A DNA stretch of 46,593 nt from a virus (taxonomy: Duplodnaviria > Caudoviricetes), in the IMG/VR virus record IMGVR_UViG_3300027419_000046, positions 1 to 46,593 of that record; one strand, given 5' to 3'. Shown in pieces: positions 1-8,949 of this stretch (positions within the stretch are counted from its first letter, which is position 1; every line of letters starts with the position of its first letter). The notes beneath the pieces were generated by a model. The model was not told where the DNA came from, made no database searches, and was given only the letters and a program-made list of their open reading frames with translations. The position numbers were made by a program, and so were the translations under genes.

Positions 1-127
1 ACCTAGAAATGATTCTACCCCTATCTGACTGAAACCTGCATTTTTCCCAGCAGTGTAGAACTTCTCCGTATATGTTTTGATGTCTGGGATGGATTCTTGG
101 ATGATGTTATCAATATCTGGGTAGATC
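1..127. repeat. Terminal direct repeat, copy 1 (circularisation/assembly overlap)
   Basis: Bases 1-127 are identical to 46467-46593. An ORF reads in frame through the junction. Confidence 0.95.
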
Positions 128-423
128 TGTCTCAGATATGCATAGTTCAGGTTTGAAGTTTTACCTGCATCGAGGATGTGTTCTTTTGTGAGTGTGATAT
201 GTTCATCTAATAATGAGTCTATGAGTTTCCAGAAATCTTTGGCACCTTCGATTTGAAAATTATTTCTTAATGCACTATTTTCAATACTGTTCAGAATCAT
301 ATCTTCCTGGAAGATATTAGTTAGCATCTCCTCGATTATTTCATCATATTTGTATTCGGGGATGGGAACGTACTGGATCCCCCCCTGGGCCAGGGCATCG
401 ACACTTACCAGTAGTTCACTCAT
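1..423 (-). CDS. Minor head protein (SPP1 gp7/MuF-like), N-terminal part; continues across the junction into 45921-46466 (322 aa total)
   Basis: ATG at 423 overlaps the portal stop (ATGA). Reads MSELLVSVDALAQGG...GVESFLG and joins in frame to AADTNAMFHLTNY at 46466. Missing from the ORF track because of the window edge. Confidence 0.85.
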   Translation of the reverse strand, partial: MSELLVSVDALAQGGIQYVPIPEYKYDEIIEEMLTNIFQEDMILNSIENSALRNNFQIEGAKDFWKLIDSLLDEHITLTKEHILDAGKTSNLNYAYLRQIYPDIDNIIQESIPDIKTYTEKFYTAGKNAGFSQIGVESFLG

Positions 424-1919
424 ACCGTTTCACCTTTACCCATTGGGGGTTTAACAAGTTCTTCCTGAATCATATACTTTTTAAACCCGTCAATAATCCT
501 CATTGTGCCTTTCTGTTCTTCTATGAACCCGTGACTCGTTTCTCGTATACTGTTGTTGATGATGATTTCTTCCTCATCCGTACTATCCATGTCCGCATCA
601 TACTTCTGTTTAGCCTGGTAATAAGCTGGGAAATAAGTTTGCTGCCTAATTTCTTTCTCTGTTTCGTCGGTAGATGGGTATAGCTGCTCTAATGTTTGTG
701 CTACTTGGGAAAGTGATAAGCCATTCTCGGTTTCCAATGGTGTGAATTTAATACGAATCAGGCCCAGGTCATCTATGTAACTTGCCCGGTTAAGTTGGTC
801 ATCGAAAAGGTACTGGGATTGGTACTGGTTAATGTTACTCTGCATATATGTAATAACGGTTCCCTGACCTTTGTTTCCCATCTGTGCGTCGGCTGTTGCC
901 TTATTGGTTGAGGCACTGTTAAACCGACTGTCTGGAGTTAAGATTGATTCTCTGATTTCCTGCTTGTAAATAGTAATGAAAGGAGTAATATCCACTAGTT
1001 TACCATCCCCAACCATATACGGCCTTATCCCGTATGTGTGGGTGATTGTATCCTTATTTTCCTTCTTACTGAAATCTTCACCGACTAAAGCCATTTCGGC
1101 ATTGATCAATGCTTTCTTCTGAGCATAAGTCAATATCTCATTCTCACCCCATGGCTTGATAGGAGCATCCTTAGTGCCCACCTCCACCCCCAGGGTCATG
1201 AGGGCACGTTTAACAATCGTAGGCCCAAAGTTCTTAATCTTCTTCAAATTATAAACATCATCAAGAGCACCATAAACCAGGCTGGTTCCATCATCAAACA
1301 ATTTGGGATGGATAACATCACCTGGGAGGAAGTTGCTTTCCTTCTCTTCCCCTTTCATTGCCACGAGTGTATCGAAAGATTTATCCTTCCAATCCTTTGG
1401 GATATTATAAACCATTGCTTTCTGCTTATAACCTATAACCTGCCCTGTATTATTATCCTTCAATTCTATGAAGTTATAAGTGTTCTCATCGTAAGATAAG
1501 AAGTCCACGTTAGTTATATCATTATTGAATCCTTTTTTCCGGATGAAACATTTACCATCAATGCTCGTTTTCATGGCTTGGCCATTGATTATCTGGTTCA
1601 AATCCCATTCTTTGGCCTTGCGTTTGATGTGTTTCACTGCGTTATCGGATGCGTTCTTATCCCCTTCTATCTCCCAGTCCCCGGTTGCTATGATTACACT
1701 TGAAAGAATACTACTGCGGACGGTGGGGTCTATCTCAAAGGCTCTTCTTGCGTTGGCTATTGTGCGGTTGACTTGGGCCAGGTCTGTTAGGTCTTTGAGG
1801 TTTCCTTCACCTGTACTAGAGAGGCTGATTCCTATTGCTCCAACCCCTCGGTCGATACTGTTTAGTATCTGTTCCCTTGTGGCGGGGATGCTGTTTCTGA
1901 TTGTTTTGAATATATTCAT
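420..1919 (-). CDS. Portal protein
   Basis: 499 aa, between terminase large subunit and MuF-like gene; typical size and synteny. Confidence 0.75.
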   Translation of the reverse strand: MNIFKTIRNSIPATREQILNSIDRGVGAIGISLSSTGEGNLKDLTDLAQVNRTIANARRAFEIDPTVRSSILSSVIIATGDWEIEGDKNASDNAVKHIKRKAKEWDLNQIINGQAMKTSIDGKCFIRKKGFNNDITNVDFLSYDENTYNFIELKDNNTGQVIGYKQKAMVYNIPKDWKDKSFDTLVAMKGEEKESNFLPGDVIHPKLFDDGTSLVYGALDDVYNLKKIKNFGPTIVKRALMTLGVEVGTKDAPIKPWGENEILTYAQKKALINAEMALVGEDFSKKENKDTITHTYGIRPYMVGDGKLVDITPFITIYKQEIRESILTPDSRFNSASTNKATADAQMGNKGQGTVITYMQSNINQYQSQYLFDDQLNRASYIDDLGLIRIKFTPLETENGLSLSQVAQTLEQLYPSTDETEKEIRQQTYFPAYYQAKQKYDADMDSTDEEEIIINNSIRETSHGFIEEQKGTMRIIDGFKKYMIQEELVKPPMGKGETV

Positions 1920-3355
1920 TAGCCCACTCCTGGTATTGTTTCCTCTCCATATTCTGGATTTCTCAAATAATTAAATCCCTGACTTAAACTATCCATGATG
2001 TTGGGAGATATCTGCATTACTGGAGCCAATCTCCCTATCTCTTGCTTTAATAATTCAAAATAAGATTCATTATAAGTTGATTCAACATAATACTTATCCA
2101 TCAATAGTTTATTAATTAAAATTAATCCCTGACTCATTTCACGAATCAACGGTCTAGCCCGGTTAAACTTAGACCCTACAGGACTTCGAGGTTCTACTAT
2201 AATTCCTAACTGCTGGAAAAATTCTTTCCAATACTTTTCTGTATCTACCCAGCTGCCAGGTTCAATCTCAAGTATACAAGTTGAAGGATACACGTCTCTT
2301 TTATTGTCTTCCATCACGTGTTTTTCAATAAGTAACTCTGTACTTGTACCTACAGTTTGACTAATATTATCAATCATGATTTGATTAGAAATTGCATCGA
2401 GGGTGAGGGTTGATACAACAAACTTATCACGCCCACGCCCAGCAAGGTCAATACTTAAAATAGAAGTTGATTGTAAAGGATAATCAGAAGTTAAATAATC
2501 TTTAATAAGGTTTATATCAATTAATCCACCCTGAGCATAAGTATAATGCCAGTTACCTTCTTTCTGACTTTGTTTATCAATTTCATCTAAATCTTCTAAA
2601 CTGGCTTCAAATTCTTCCTGGCTAATGTATGGATTAGTACGCCATCCCATCGGGACATACACATATTTTCCTTCGACATATTCTTTTAAAAATCGTTTAC
2701 TACTATCATTTAATACAAAGGTTTTAGGGTCAAACTGTGGGTTTCCGAAGTTTACTATTGCTTTGGGGAATCGTGATTCACTTTGTTGTCTTAAGCTTCT
2801 TCCTTGGAACGTTAAGATTGGTTTTTCTATCTCTGGAGCTTCATCATTACATATCTGTTGATAACTTTTACTTCGTGTTTTTTCTTTTTTTAAGATATGG
2901 TCAAATGCTCTAAAAGCTAGTAACCCGCCTTCACGACTTTTTATCCTTGGAGGGTTGAGTTTAATCTTTAATTTTCTTTCATTCCCGTACTCGTCTGTTA
3001 ATTCTTCATTCCAAAGTCTTATATATCCCCATATACTATCTACTGATTCTTCTGTTAAGTCATCATAATTTTTACGTGTGTTCAATCCTTTGAATCCCTT
3101 AATATGTATGAATCTAAGCCCCAATACTCCACCAAAAAGAGTCTTGCCCCCATAGGCTTCACCACCAATTAGTATACGGTGGTAGTCTGTAGGTATGGGT
3201 CTATTCAAATATATGAGACTTTTTAGTTGTTGGGGATAGCCTAAAACTCCTTTTTTTATTTCATCAGGTAGGTATGGGTTGTTAATTAATGTAAGTTTAA
3301 GCATATCCTGATCATATTGAGTAATAGGCCCTATGTCTAAATTTGCCAAATGCAA
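1919..3355 (-). CDS. terL: Terminase large subunit
   Basis: Walker A GGEAYGGKT, Walker B ICNDEA, FGNP coupling motif, RNase H-like C-domain (SIDLAG...K..RA...MDSLS). Confidence 0.9.
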   Translation of the reverse strand: MHLANLDIGPITQYDQDMLKLTLINNPYLPDEIKKGVLGYPQQLKSLIYLNRPIPTDYHRILIGGEAYGGKTLFGGVLGLRFIHIKGFKGLNTRKNYDDLTEESVDSIWGYIRLWNEELTDEYGNERKLKIKLNPPRIKSREGGLLAFRAFDHILKKEKTRSKSYQQICNDEAPEIEKPILTFQGRSLRQQSESRFPKAIVNFGNPQFDPKTFVLNDSSKRFLKEYVEGKYVYVPMGWRTNPYISQEEFEASLEDLDEIDKQSQKEGNWHYTYAQGGLIDINLIKDYLTSDYPLQSTSILSIDLAGRGRDKFVVSTLTLDAISNQIMIDNISQTVGTSTELLIEKHVMEDNKRDVYPSTCILEIEPGSWVDTEKYWKEFFQQLGIIVEPRSPVGSKFNRARPLIREMSQGLILINKLLMDKYYVESTYNESYFELLKQEIGRLAPVMQISPNIMDSLSQGFNYLRNPEYGEETIPGVG

Positions 3356-3361
3356 ATCCTC

Positions 3362-3979
3362 CTATTGCTCATTTACGCTCTGATCTACTTTTTTTAAAGC
3401 ATCATCCATGATCTGGTTAAATTCGTCTGCATAACTATTCTCAACTTTACCTTCAACTTTTTTAATCTCAGAAGGTTCACCAGCTGCAGTTTTAGATATT
3501 TTCTGAGCAGACTCTAATGATTTACCACAGTTCATTAATAAATAAGCTGCATTTTTAGGAGTCCCATAAACTGGGCCTTCTTTATCAGAATAAAGATAAA
3601 CCTCACCGTTGATTATCTTATCAATTTCTTGAGCCGTGGCTCTTCTTAATTTGTTAGCAGCCTTGTTAAACCTGTAATCATCAACCACTATGGCTTCAGC
3701 TTCGGCCTCACTCATCTCTTCACTTTTCTTTTTCTCTTTAACCTTTTGTGATACTTTGAGTTGATGGTCCTTTCTCCGTTGTCTCCAACCCCACTCTTTA
3801 GCTATTTGTCTCAGAACATCGTAACTTACTTTGTACCATTCAGCCGAACTTTTAAGAGTAGGATATTGTTTTGTTCCGTCATTGTCTTCATATCCAAACA
3901 CCATGTCTTCTTCTATGCGTTCTGAGATTTCATCAGATATGGATTTTTTATTCTTTTTGGTGGTTGGCATTGGTTTCAC
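3362..3979 (-). CDS. terS: Putative terminase small subunit
   Basis: N-terminal HTH-like segment ending in EWGWRQRR, helical body, directly upstream of TerL. Confidence 0.65.
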   Translation of the reverse strand: MKPMPTTKKNKKSISDEISERIEEDMVFGYEDNDGTKQYPTLKSSAEWYKVSYDVLRQIAKEWGWRQRRKDHQLKVSQKVKEKKKSEEMSEAEAEAIVVDDYRFNKAANKLRRATAQEIDKIINGEVYLYSDKEGPVYGTPKNAAYLLMNCGKSLESAQKISKTAAGEPSEIKKVEGKVENSYADEFNQIMDDALKKVDQSVNEQ

Positions 3980-4018
3980 ATTCCTAATTTTTTGTGATTT
4001 TTTTGTGAAATTTGTGAA

Positions 4019-4126
4019 TTAGTCGGTTTCATCTAGTATGTCACAAAGTACTTGGTAAAAGTCAGATTCTTCCTTGGAGTTGGTGATATTATGGTATTGG
4101 TTTATGGCATCTCCAGGGAAGGTCAT
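4019..4126 (-). CDS. Small hypothetical protein (35 aa, MTFPGDAINQ...)
   Basis: Read manually; packed between neighbours on the coding strand. Confidence 0.4.
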   Translation of the reverse strand: MTFPGDAINQYHNITNSKEESDFYQVLCDILDETD

Positions 4127-4131
4127 GATGG

Positions 4132-4263
4132 TCACTTCTTATGAACACTTTCCAGATATTTTCTCATGTTCTGGTATTCTTCGGAAGTAATTGGTGGAAC
4201 TTTTTGACCACCTTTTCTATAAGGATTGTAAATTGTCTTTGTGAAAAGGTTGTCTGGAGTCAT
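4132..4263 (-). CDS. Small hypothetical protein (43 aa, MTPDNLFTK...)
   Basis: Read manually; AAGGAG SD upstream. Confidence 0.45.
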   Translation of the reverse strand: MTPDNLFTKTIYNPYRKGGQKVPPITSEEYQNMRKYLESVHKK

Positions 4264-4433
4264 AGGCTGCTCCTTTTGTATAAAAATCTAGGGGAAGTTT
4301 ATTCTTTTTATCTGTAACGTGCTGTAAATTCTTTAACTAATAAAAATATAAAAAAGTATTACAAAAGAAGGGTTAAGAAGGCTTAACTCATGAAAATCAT
4401 AGGGTTATTGTTTCATTAAAAAGAGGGAAAGTA

Positions 4434-4868
4434 TTATTTTTGTTTTTCATCACAAAGAGTATCCAAACCATCATCACAGAGCACATCTTCTAAATCATCT
4501 AACTCTTTACGGATCAGTTTCTTTGCTATGAGTCGGGCCTTTTCTTCGGTTAAAGCGTTGTCTTCTATTTTTTGGTCCATGAGGGCTTCGGTGATGTGGA
4601 GTTCTTCATTCTTTTTCCGCATTTTGTAGATGTCGCCTATGAAATAGATGATACATCCTAACAATATGAGTATGATCCCAACGTAGGGGGCGTGTGCTGC
4701 ATAGCCCGGTTGTATAAAACTATAAGCTAAGATTGCACTCCCCAGTCCTATGAGCATGGTGCCTATCGTAGATTTCAGGAATCCTGTTATCAACATGGTT
4801 TTCGTGTATTGAATCATATCATATAACTCGTGCTTTTCACCGATAGGCGTTATTATTCGTTTGTTCAT
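4434..4868 (-). CDS. Two-TM membrane protein with acidic coiled C-terminus (holin-like?)
   Basis: Two hydrophobic helices followed by a charged tail. Confidence 0.5.
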   Translation of the reverse strand: MNKRIITPIGEKHELYDMIQYTKTMLITGFLKSTIGTMLIGLGSAILAYSFIQPGYAAHAPYVGIILILLGCIIYFIGDIYKMRKKNEELHITEALMDQKIEDNALTEEKARLIAKKLIRKELDDLEDVLCDDGLDTLCDEKQK

Positions 4869-4914
4869 GTTGTTGTCCTTTCTCCAGGTGCGTGTCTGGA
4901 GGGGGTTTTACTGT

Positions 4915-5184
4915 TTAGGCTTGTTCGTCTTTGGTTTCGGTGGTTTGGCGTGGGAAGTAAGCATTGTATACAACTGCAATGACAACCAATAGCATTGGAA
5001 CTACTATTGCAATAATCTTACCTTCAACTCCTAACTGTACAAATATATCTTCCAGTGCTGTTGGGTTTGCTAAGAAGTAACTTAACAGGGCACCTGCAAC
5101 TAATGTCACTATAGATATAATTGCTGTTGAAATGTTTCCATTATCTAACTCTACTTGTCCGCCTTCATCTTTTAAAATATCCAT
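4915..5184 (-). CDS. Small two-TM membrane protein (holin-like or pilin-like)
   Basis: GGAGGA SD; two hydrophobic helices; N-terminus ILKDEGGQ. Confidence 0.55.
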   Translation of the reverse strand: MDILKDEGGQVELDNGNISTAIISIVTLVAGALLSYFLANPTALEDIFVQLGVEGKIIAIVVPMLLVVIAVVYNAYFPRQTTETKDEQA

Positions 5185-5198
5185 GTTTATTCCTCCTT

Positions 5199-5297
5199 TT
5201 AATACGTTGTTAGGTTTGCTACTAAGAGTATGAAAAAAACGATTACAATAAATACAATTAAAGCTCCGATACTGTACTCAATAGTTTTAATGTCCAT
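5199..5297 (-). CDS. Single-TM peptide (32 aa, MDIKTIEYSIGALIVFIVIVFFILLVANLTTY)
   Basis: Read manually; overlaps the upstream ORF end. Confidence 0.5.
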   Translation of the reverse strand: MDIKTIEYSIGALIVFIVIVFFILLVANLTTY

Positions 5298-5430
5298 GGT
5301 ATGTACCCGCCTTTACTTTCTTTAATTCCAGGTTCACGTCCCCGCATTTGAGGCATGTCCATTTCTCAAGGTAGCCATCCCAGACTAATTGTCTATGGCA
5401 ATAAGGACATAGTGATTTACTCTTCTTCAT
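5287..5430 (-). CDS. Small Zn-ribbon protein (47 aa; CPYC...CLKCG)
   Basis: Read manually; two CxxC pairs; GGTGTGA SD. Confidence 0.6.
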   Translation of the reverse strand: MKKSKSLCPYCHRQLVWDGYLEKWTCLKCGDVNLELKKVKAGTYHGH

Positions 5431-5610
5431 GGAATCACACCATTTAAAAATAAAAATATAATAGCCAGTGGGGTTGAATACTGTGGGGTGATTTAAAAAC
5501 TCTCTTTCCAGGGAAGGTTTTTGATATTAATTTTTAATTATCGAATTATTTTGGTGTTCGACAATACAAATATACTTTATTCAACCCATGTTCTGGCTAT
5601 TCTCATAATA

Positions 5611-6030
5611 CTATGAGTTTAAATTAAAGAATTCATTATGTTTATAGCAGTTTTGGGCTATTTCTAAGGGTGTTGGTGCTGGTTGAACTATTTCTGTTTT
5701 GGAAATAGTTGGTTCTGGTTCGGGAACATGTCTTATCAAAGTTCCACGGCTCCCCCCTGCGGCCTTATCTTCACCATTCGTACCATCGAAATCTGCCGAA
5801 CATACTACGCATGTCCATTCTCCAGGTTTGGCACCTTTCGGGTTCCAGGAAAGACAATCATGAGCACCACATAAAGGGCACTGATCTATCCAGGTGTAAG
5901 TTCCGGGTTCACCATAGTAATATCCTGAGGGTGCTGCGTAATGTGTTACAGTATCCGTTGCTGCAACTATTCCAACTCCTTGAGAAATGGTCAGGAGTAA
6001 TATAATACATAATAAAAAGTAGTTCTTAAT
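5611..6030 (-). CDS. Secreted/membrane-anchored Cys-motif protein (139 aa), probable ATT start
   Basis: Open frame IKNYFLLCIILLLTISQGVGIVAA-TDT...WIDQCPLCG...WNPKG...EWTCVVCSADF...; GGAGGAG SD just upstream; in-frame stop upstream with no ATG/GTG/TTG before codon ~100. Confidence 0.7.
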   Translation of the reverse strand: MKNYFLLCIILLLTISQGVGIVAATDTVTHYAAPSGYYYGEPGTYTWIDQCPLCGAHDCLSWNPKGAKPGEWTCVVCSADFDGTNGEDKAAGGSRGTLIRHVPEPEPTISKTEIVQPAPTPLEIAQNCYKHNEFFNLNS

Positions 6031-6343
6031 CTGATCTCCTCCATTGTTTAGTGTATCCTAAAAAGTGCGTTGCTACTGTTTAGGGTGCCACTGTTGCCAC
6101 TGGAGTATTTAAAGCCCGGTGTGGGCTGTTATTATCATATTATCACTATCCATTATCTTTATTTCAAAATAAAATATTTGTGAGTATAAGGAACTGCGTG
6201 AACCCTTAAATGTTCTTATAAAAAGGTGGTGATAATCTTGGCAGAATCAGCTATTTCACGCAGCCCTCAAGGTGTATAACAAAGAGGGGCTAGGAGACGA
6301 TGGCTAGAAAGTCTCCTAACAATGGGTTTATTTAAAGTAAAAG

Positions 6344-7099
6344 TTATTTATTGTAAATTTTCTTTTTCCTATAATAACCCCAAAAAATGGGATTTAAAGG
6401 GTCTGAATCATTAAAATTAAGAATATCATTCTTCTGCACTTCACAGTCAATTAAAGTAATCTGCTCATTGTATTTGACAAATGCCAGTTCATGAGCACTT
6501 TTAAGGTTTTTGGTTCTATTCAAATCTTGAACTGTGGGGCATATTTTCTTCTTTGGGAGTAGGTCATCTACTTCATAACCTACATGAATTGATGGTGCTT
6601 TTAAGATTAATCCGCACCGGCTGCAAATATTAAGGGCATGTTCAATAAGGTTCTGTTTATTTTCGCACTCGGGACATTTTACTTGGTTGTCTTTGAGGTA
6701 TGAAATACTGAAAGCTGGTAAATCATTATAGTTGTGATGGTTAAGAGGAAACTCTGCTCCACTGAGGGTGCTTTTATGTTTCCTCTTATCATAAGTATGG
6801 GTAAGAAATGTGTGACGCTTTTCTTTTTTAATAATACTTTGTTCTTTTTTAAAATTAGGATTTCTATGAGCTCCTATTTGGACATTCCCTACTCTTCTAG
6901 AATTTTCTATTTCGGGATATTTCTTTTTATATTCTCTCCTAGCTTTCCTATTACTTACTAAAACAGATTCACGGAGACATTTGGCCGAACAATACATTTT
7001 ATTTGGTTGAGTTGAAAAAAACTTTTTAATGCATCCATCATTTTGGCCCCTTCTGCAATCCCTCAAATAAACCTTTGTGTAAGGAGGAATTGTTTTCAT
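6344..7099 (-). CDS. Zn-finger protein with TFIIB-type Zn-ribbon-like motif; candidate late regulator
   Basis: C..C...YCS..C motif at the N-terminus; CPEC-x(13)-ICSRCGLIL internally. Confidence 0.5.
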   Translation of the reverse strand: MKTIPPYTKVYLRDCRRGQNDGCIKKFFSTQPNKMYCSAKCLRESVLVSNRKARREYKKKYPEIENSRRVGNVQIGAHRNPNFKKEQSIIKKEKRHTFLTHTYDKRKHKSTLSGAEFPLNHHNYNDLPAFSISYLKDNQVKCPECENKQNLIEHALNICSRCGLILKAPSIHVGYEVDDLLPKKKICPTVQDLNRTKNLKSAHELAFVKYNEQITLIDCEVQKNDILNFNDSDPLNPIFWGYYRKKKIYNK

Positions 7100-7920
7100 C
7101 CTAATTCCTCCAGTTCATTCAAAACTAAATTATGAACTATTTCCGCACTCAGGGGGTCGTAGAACATTCCTAAAGATTTAGTGTGTTTATTATGCATCAC
7201 ACGGGATTGCCACGCCTTTTTTTCAGGATTGCATTTTTTATGTAATCCTACTCCTGTGAATCCGAATAGTCCTTTTCTTCTCTGCGATTCACCCATTTTT
7301 TTACAAATTTCGGGAGAAAACTTTTTCCCATAATTATGATTTTTCTCGCCTTTGTGCGCCTCACTCAGTTTTTTACGGACTTCCAATGACAATTTTTTGC
7401 CTTTATGTGCTTCACTAATTTTTTGCCGATGATCTAATGATAATTTTTTTCCTTTTTTTGTTTCACTAATTTTTTGCCTAATTTTTTCAGAATGGGGTTT
7501 TCCATATCTAGGATGTTCCGAACCCATTTTACCATACCATGGGGCCTTTTCACCTTTACGTGCTTCACTCATCTTTCTGCGGGTTCTTAGTGATGGTTTC
7601 CCATTGGCCCCTCCCGATTGAAGATTATAACCTTTTGAATCATCTAAACAATTATAACTTTTTATATAATCATATTCTAATTTGTCGAGTGTTTTTTTAT
7701 CAGTAGCGTAATTTAAGACAGTGAATTTAAAATTAAGTTCCCCATAATTATTATATGAGGATTGTAAATGAAGATTTTTATGTTTTTTATTCCTTAACTC
7801 ATACAAATGAGATGAATAACGTTTTGATGGATTTAAAGTAGTCTGTCCAATATAGATCTTACCATTTACTAAATTCTCTATTTTATAAACATACCCATAT
7901 GCCACGTATCCTCCCTCCAT
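7096..7920 (-). CDS. GIY-YIG homing endonuclease with NUMOD3 repeats
   Basis: GYVYKIENLVNGKIYIGQT; repeats of S.E.R.KISEA.KG; AP2-like C-terminus. Confidence 0.9.
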   Translation of the reverse strand: MEGGYVAYGYVYKIENLVNGKIYIGQTTLNPSKRYSSHLYELRNKKHKNLHLQSSYNNYGELNFKFTVLNYATDKKTLDKLEYDYIKSYNCLDDSKGYNLQSGGANGKPSLRTRRKMSEARKGEKAPWYGKMGSEHPRYGKPHSEKIRQKISETKKGKKLSLDHRQKISEAHKGKKLSLEVRKKLSEAHKGEKNHNYGKKFSPEICKKMGESQRRKGLFGFTGVGLHKKCNPEKKAWQSRVMHNKHTKSLGMFYDPLSAEIVHNLVLNELEELG

Positions 7921-8045
7921 TATGCAAATACACCCATTCCACTACTTAATCGTATATTTTCAATAGTATTTATATATGACTATTAACAAATCTTTAATGT
8001 TTGACTCCTAACTTTTTTTGAAATAATTAAAAAAGTGAATCAATC

Positions 8046-8291
8046 TTACCACACCCATAACCCTAACACACTCGTACTGAAATACAATGCGAAAATGAAG
8101 GCCATCGAAGGGTTTTTATCCTTCCGGGCAACTATTGCAAAAATAGAGTTAGTGATTAACCATACTGGGAAGCAAAGGATATTTCCTAGGGCGTTTAGAT
8201 AGGCCCCCGCAACTGCAAAAACAGAGGCTATGGCCATTATAAGAGTTTTTAAGTTTATGTATCCCTTAAGGGTTATTGTATCAACTCCCAT
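8046..8291 (-). CDS. Small multi-TM membrane protein (PnuC/PQ-loop-like half)
   Basis: Three hydrophobic segments; GAYLN...W.ITN pattern. Confidence 0.45.
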   Translation of the reverse strand: MGVDTITLKGYINLKTLIMAIASVFAVAGAYLNALGNILCFPVWLITNSIFAIVARKDKNPSMAFIFALYFSTSVLGLWVW

Positions 8292-8752
8292 TTCTTTGTT
8301 TTAGGGTTCCATTGCTTTTTAAACATTTTTTCCATTACAAATAATAACCATAATATTGTTATATCTGTTCTGCTGTCTGGAAAATCAGAACCATCATGCT
8401 TTCTTAATAATATTCCATAATCATTGTACCATAAGTTGAATGATGTTAAAACACGGTAAGGTGTGTGACCATATTGATCCATCTTGATTTTTTGTAGATC
8501 TTCCTGTCTAGGCCTCCAGAAACCTTTGCTTTCTTTTAAATATTTATTGTAATCTTTATGGCCAGAATTCATCCATTCAACATTATTAAGAACAGAATAA
8601 AATCCATTATGATCCTTTTTATGCTTCCAATGCTCTTTTGAAAATTCTTTATCTTTTTCTGAGTATTCTGTATAGAATATATCTCCATCCTTAGGGTTCC
8701 AATGCTCTTTTAAATCCTCGTAGGCTTGTTTAAACAATTCATCGCTTTTCAT
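8273..8752 (-). CDS. Hypothetical phage protein, paralog of 8946-9374
   Basis: Shared QxxLQKI...WL.F.MEK.F.K.W...WE motif. Confidence 0.6.
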   Translation of the reverse strand: MKSDELFKQAYEDLKEHWNPKDGDIFYTEYSEKDKEFSKEHWKHKKDHNGFYSVLNNVEWMNSGHKDYNKYLKESKGFWRPRQEDLQKIKMDQYGHTPYRVLTSFNLWYNDYGILLRKHDGSDFPDSRTDITILWLLFVMEKMFKKQWNPKTKKWELIQ

Positions 8753-8949
8753 CTTAATCCCTTGTCCCCAGGATATAGGTGATCAATTATGTCTTCCGTT
8801 TTTTCTTCAATCCCAGATTTCACTCTAGCGCTTATATCGCAACTTTCGTCAGACCAATCTATTTCATTGTATATGTAATCTTTTATCAAATCGAGGAGTT
8901 CTAAAATTTCTTCTTCATTCTCAATGACTAACATTACTTTAGTTTTCAT
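8749..8949 (-). CDS. Hypothetical protein
   Basis: ATGA-coupled on both sides. Confidence 0.55.
   Translation of the reverse strand: MKTKVMLVIENEEEILELLDLIKDYIYNEIDWSDESCDISARVKSGIEEKTEDIIDHLYPGDKGLR

Noticed and set aside
1-127. Terminal repeat as a biological DTR or att site
   Set aside because: 127 bp equals a common assembler k-mer and the repeat lies mid-gene; best explained as circular-contig overlap.
5683-6005. Plus-strand ORFs 5683-5874 and 5709-6005
   Set aside because: Shadows of the minus-strand gene 5611-6030.
5611-6030. Possible frameshifted pseudogene
   Set aside because: Base-by-base reading gives one uninterrupted frame; only a canonical start codon is missing.
4000-6340. 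CRISPR mini-array in intergenic regions
   Set aside because: No regularly spaced direct repeats found here or in the other intergenic tracts.
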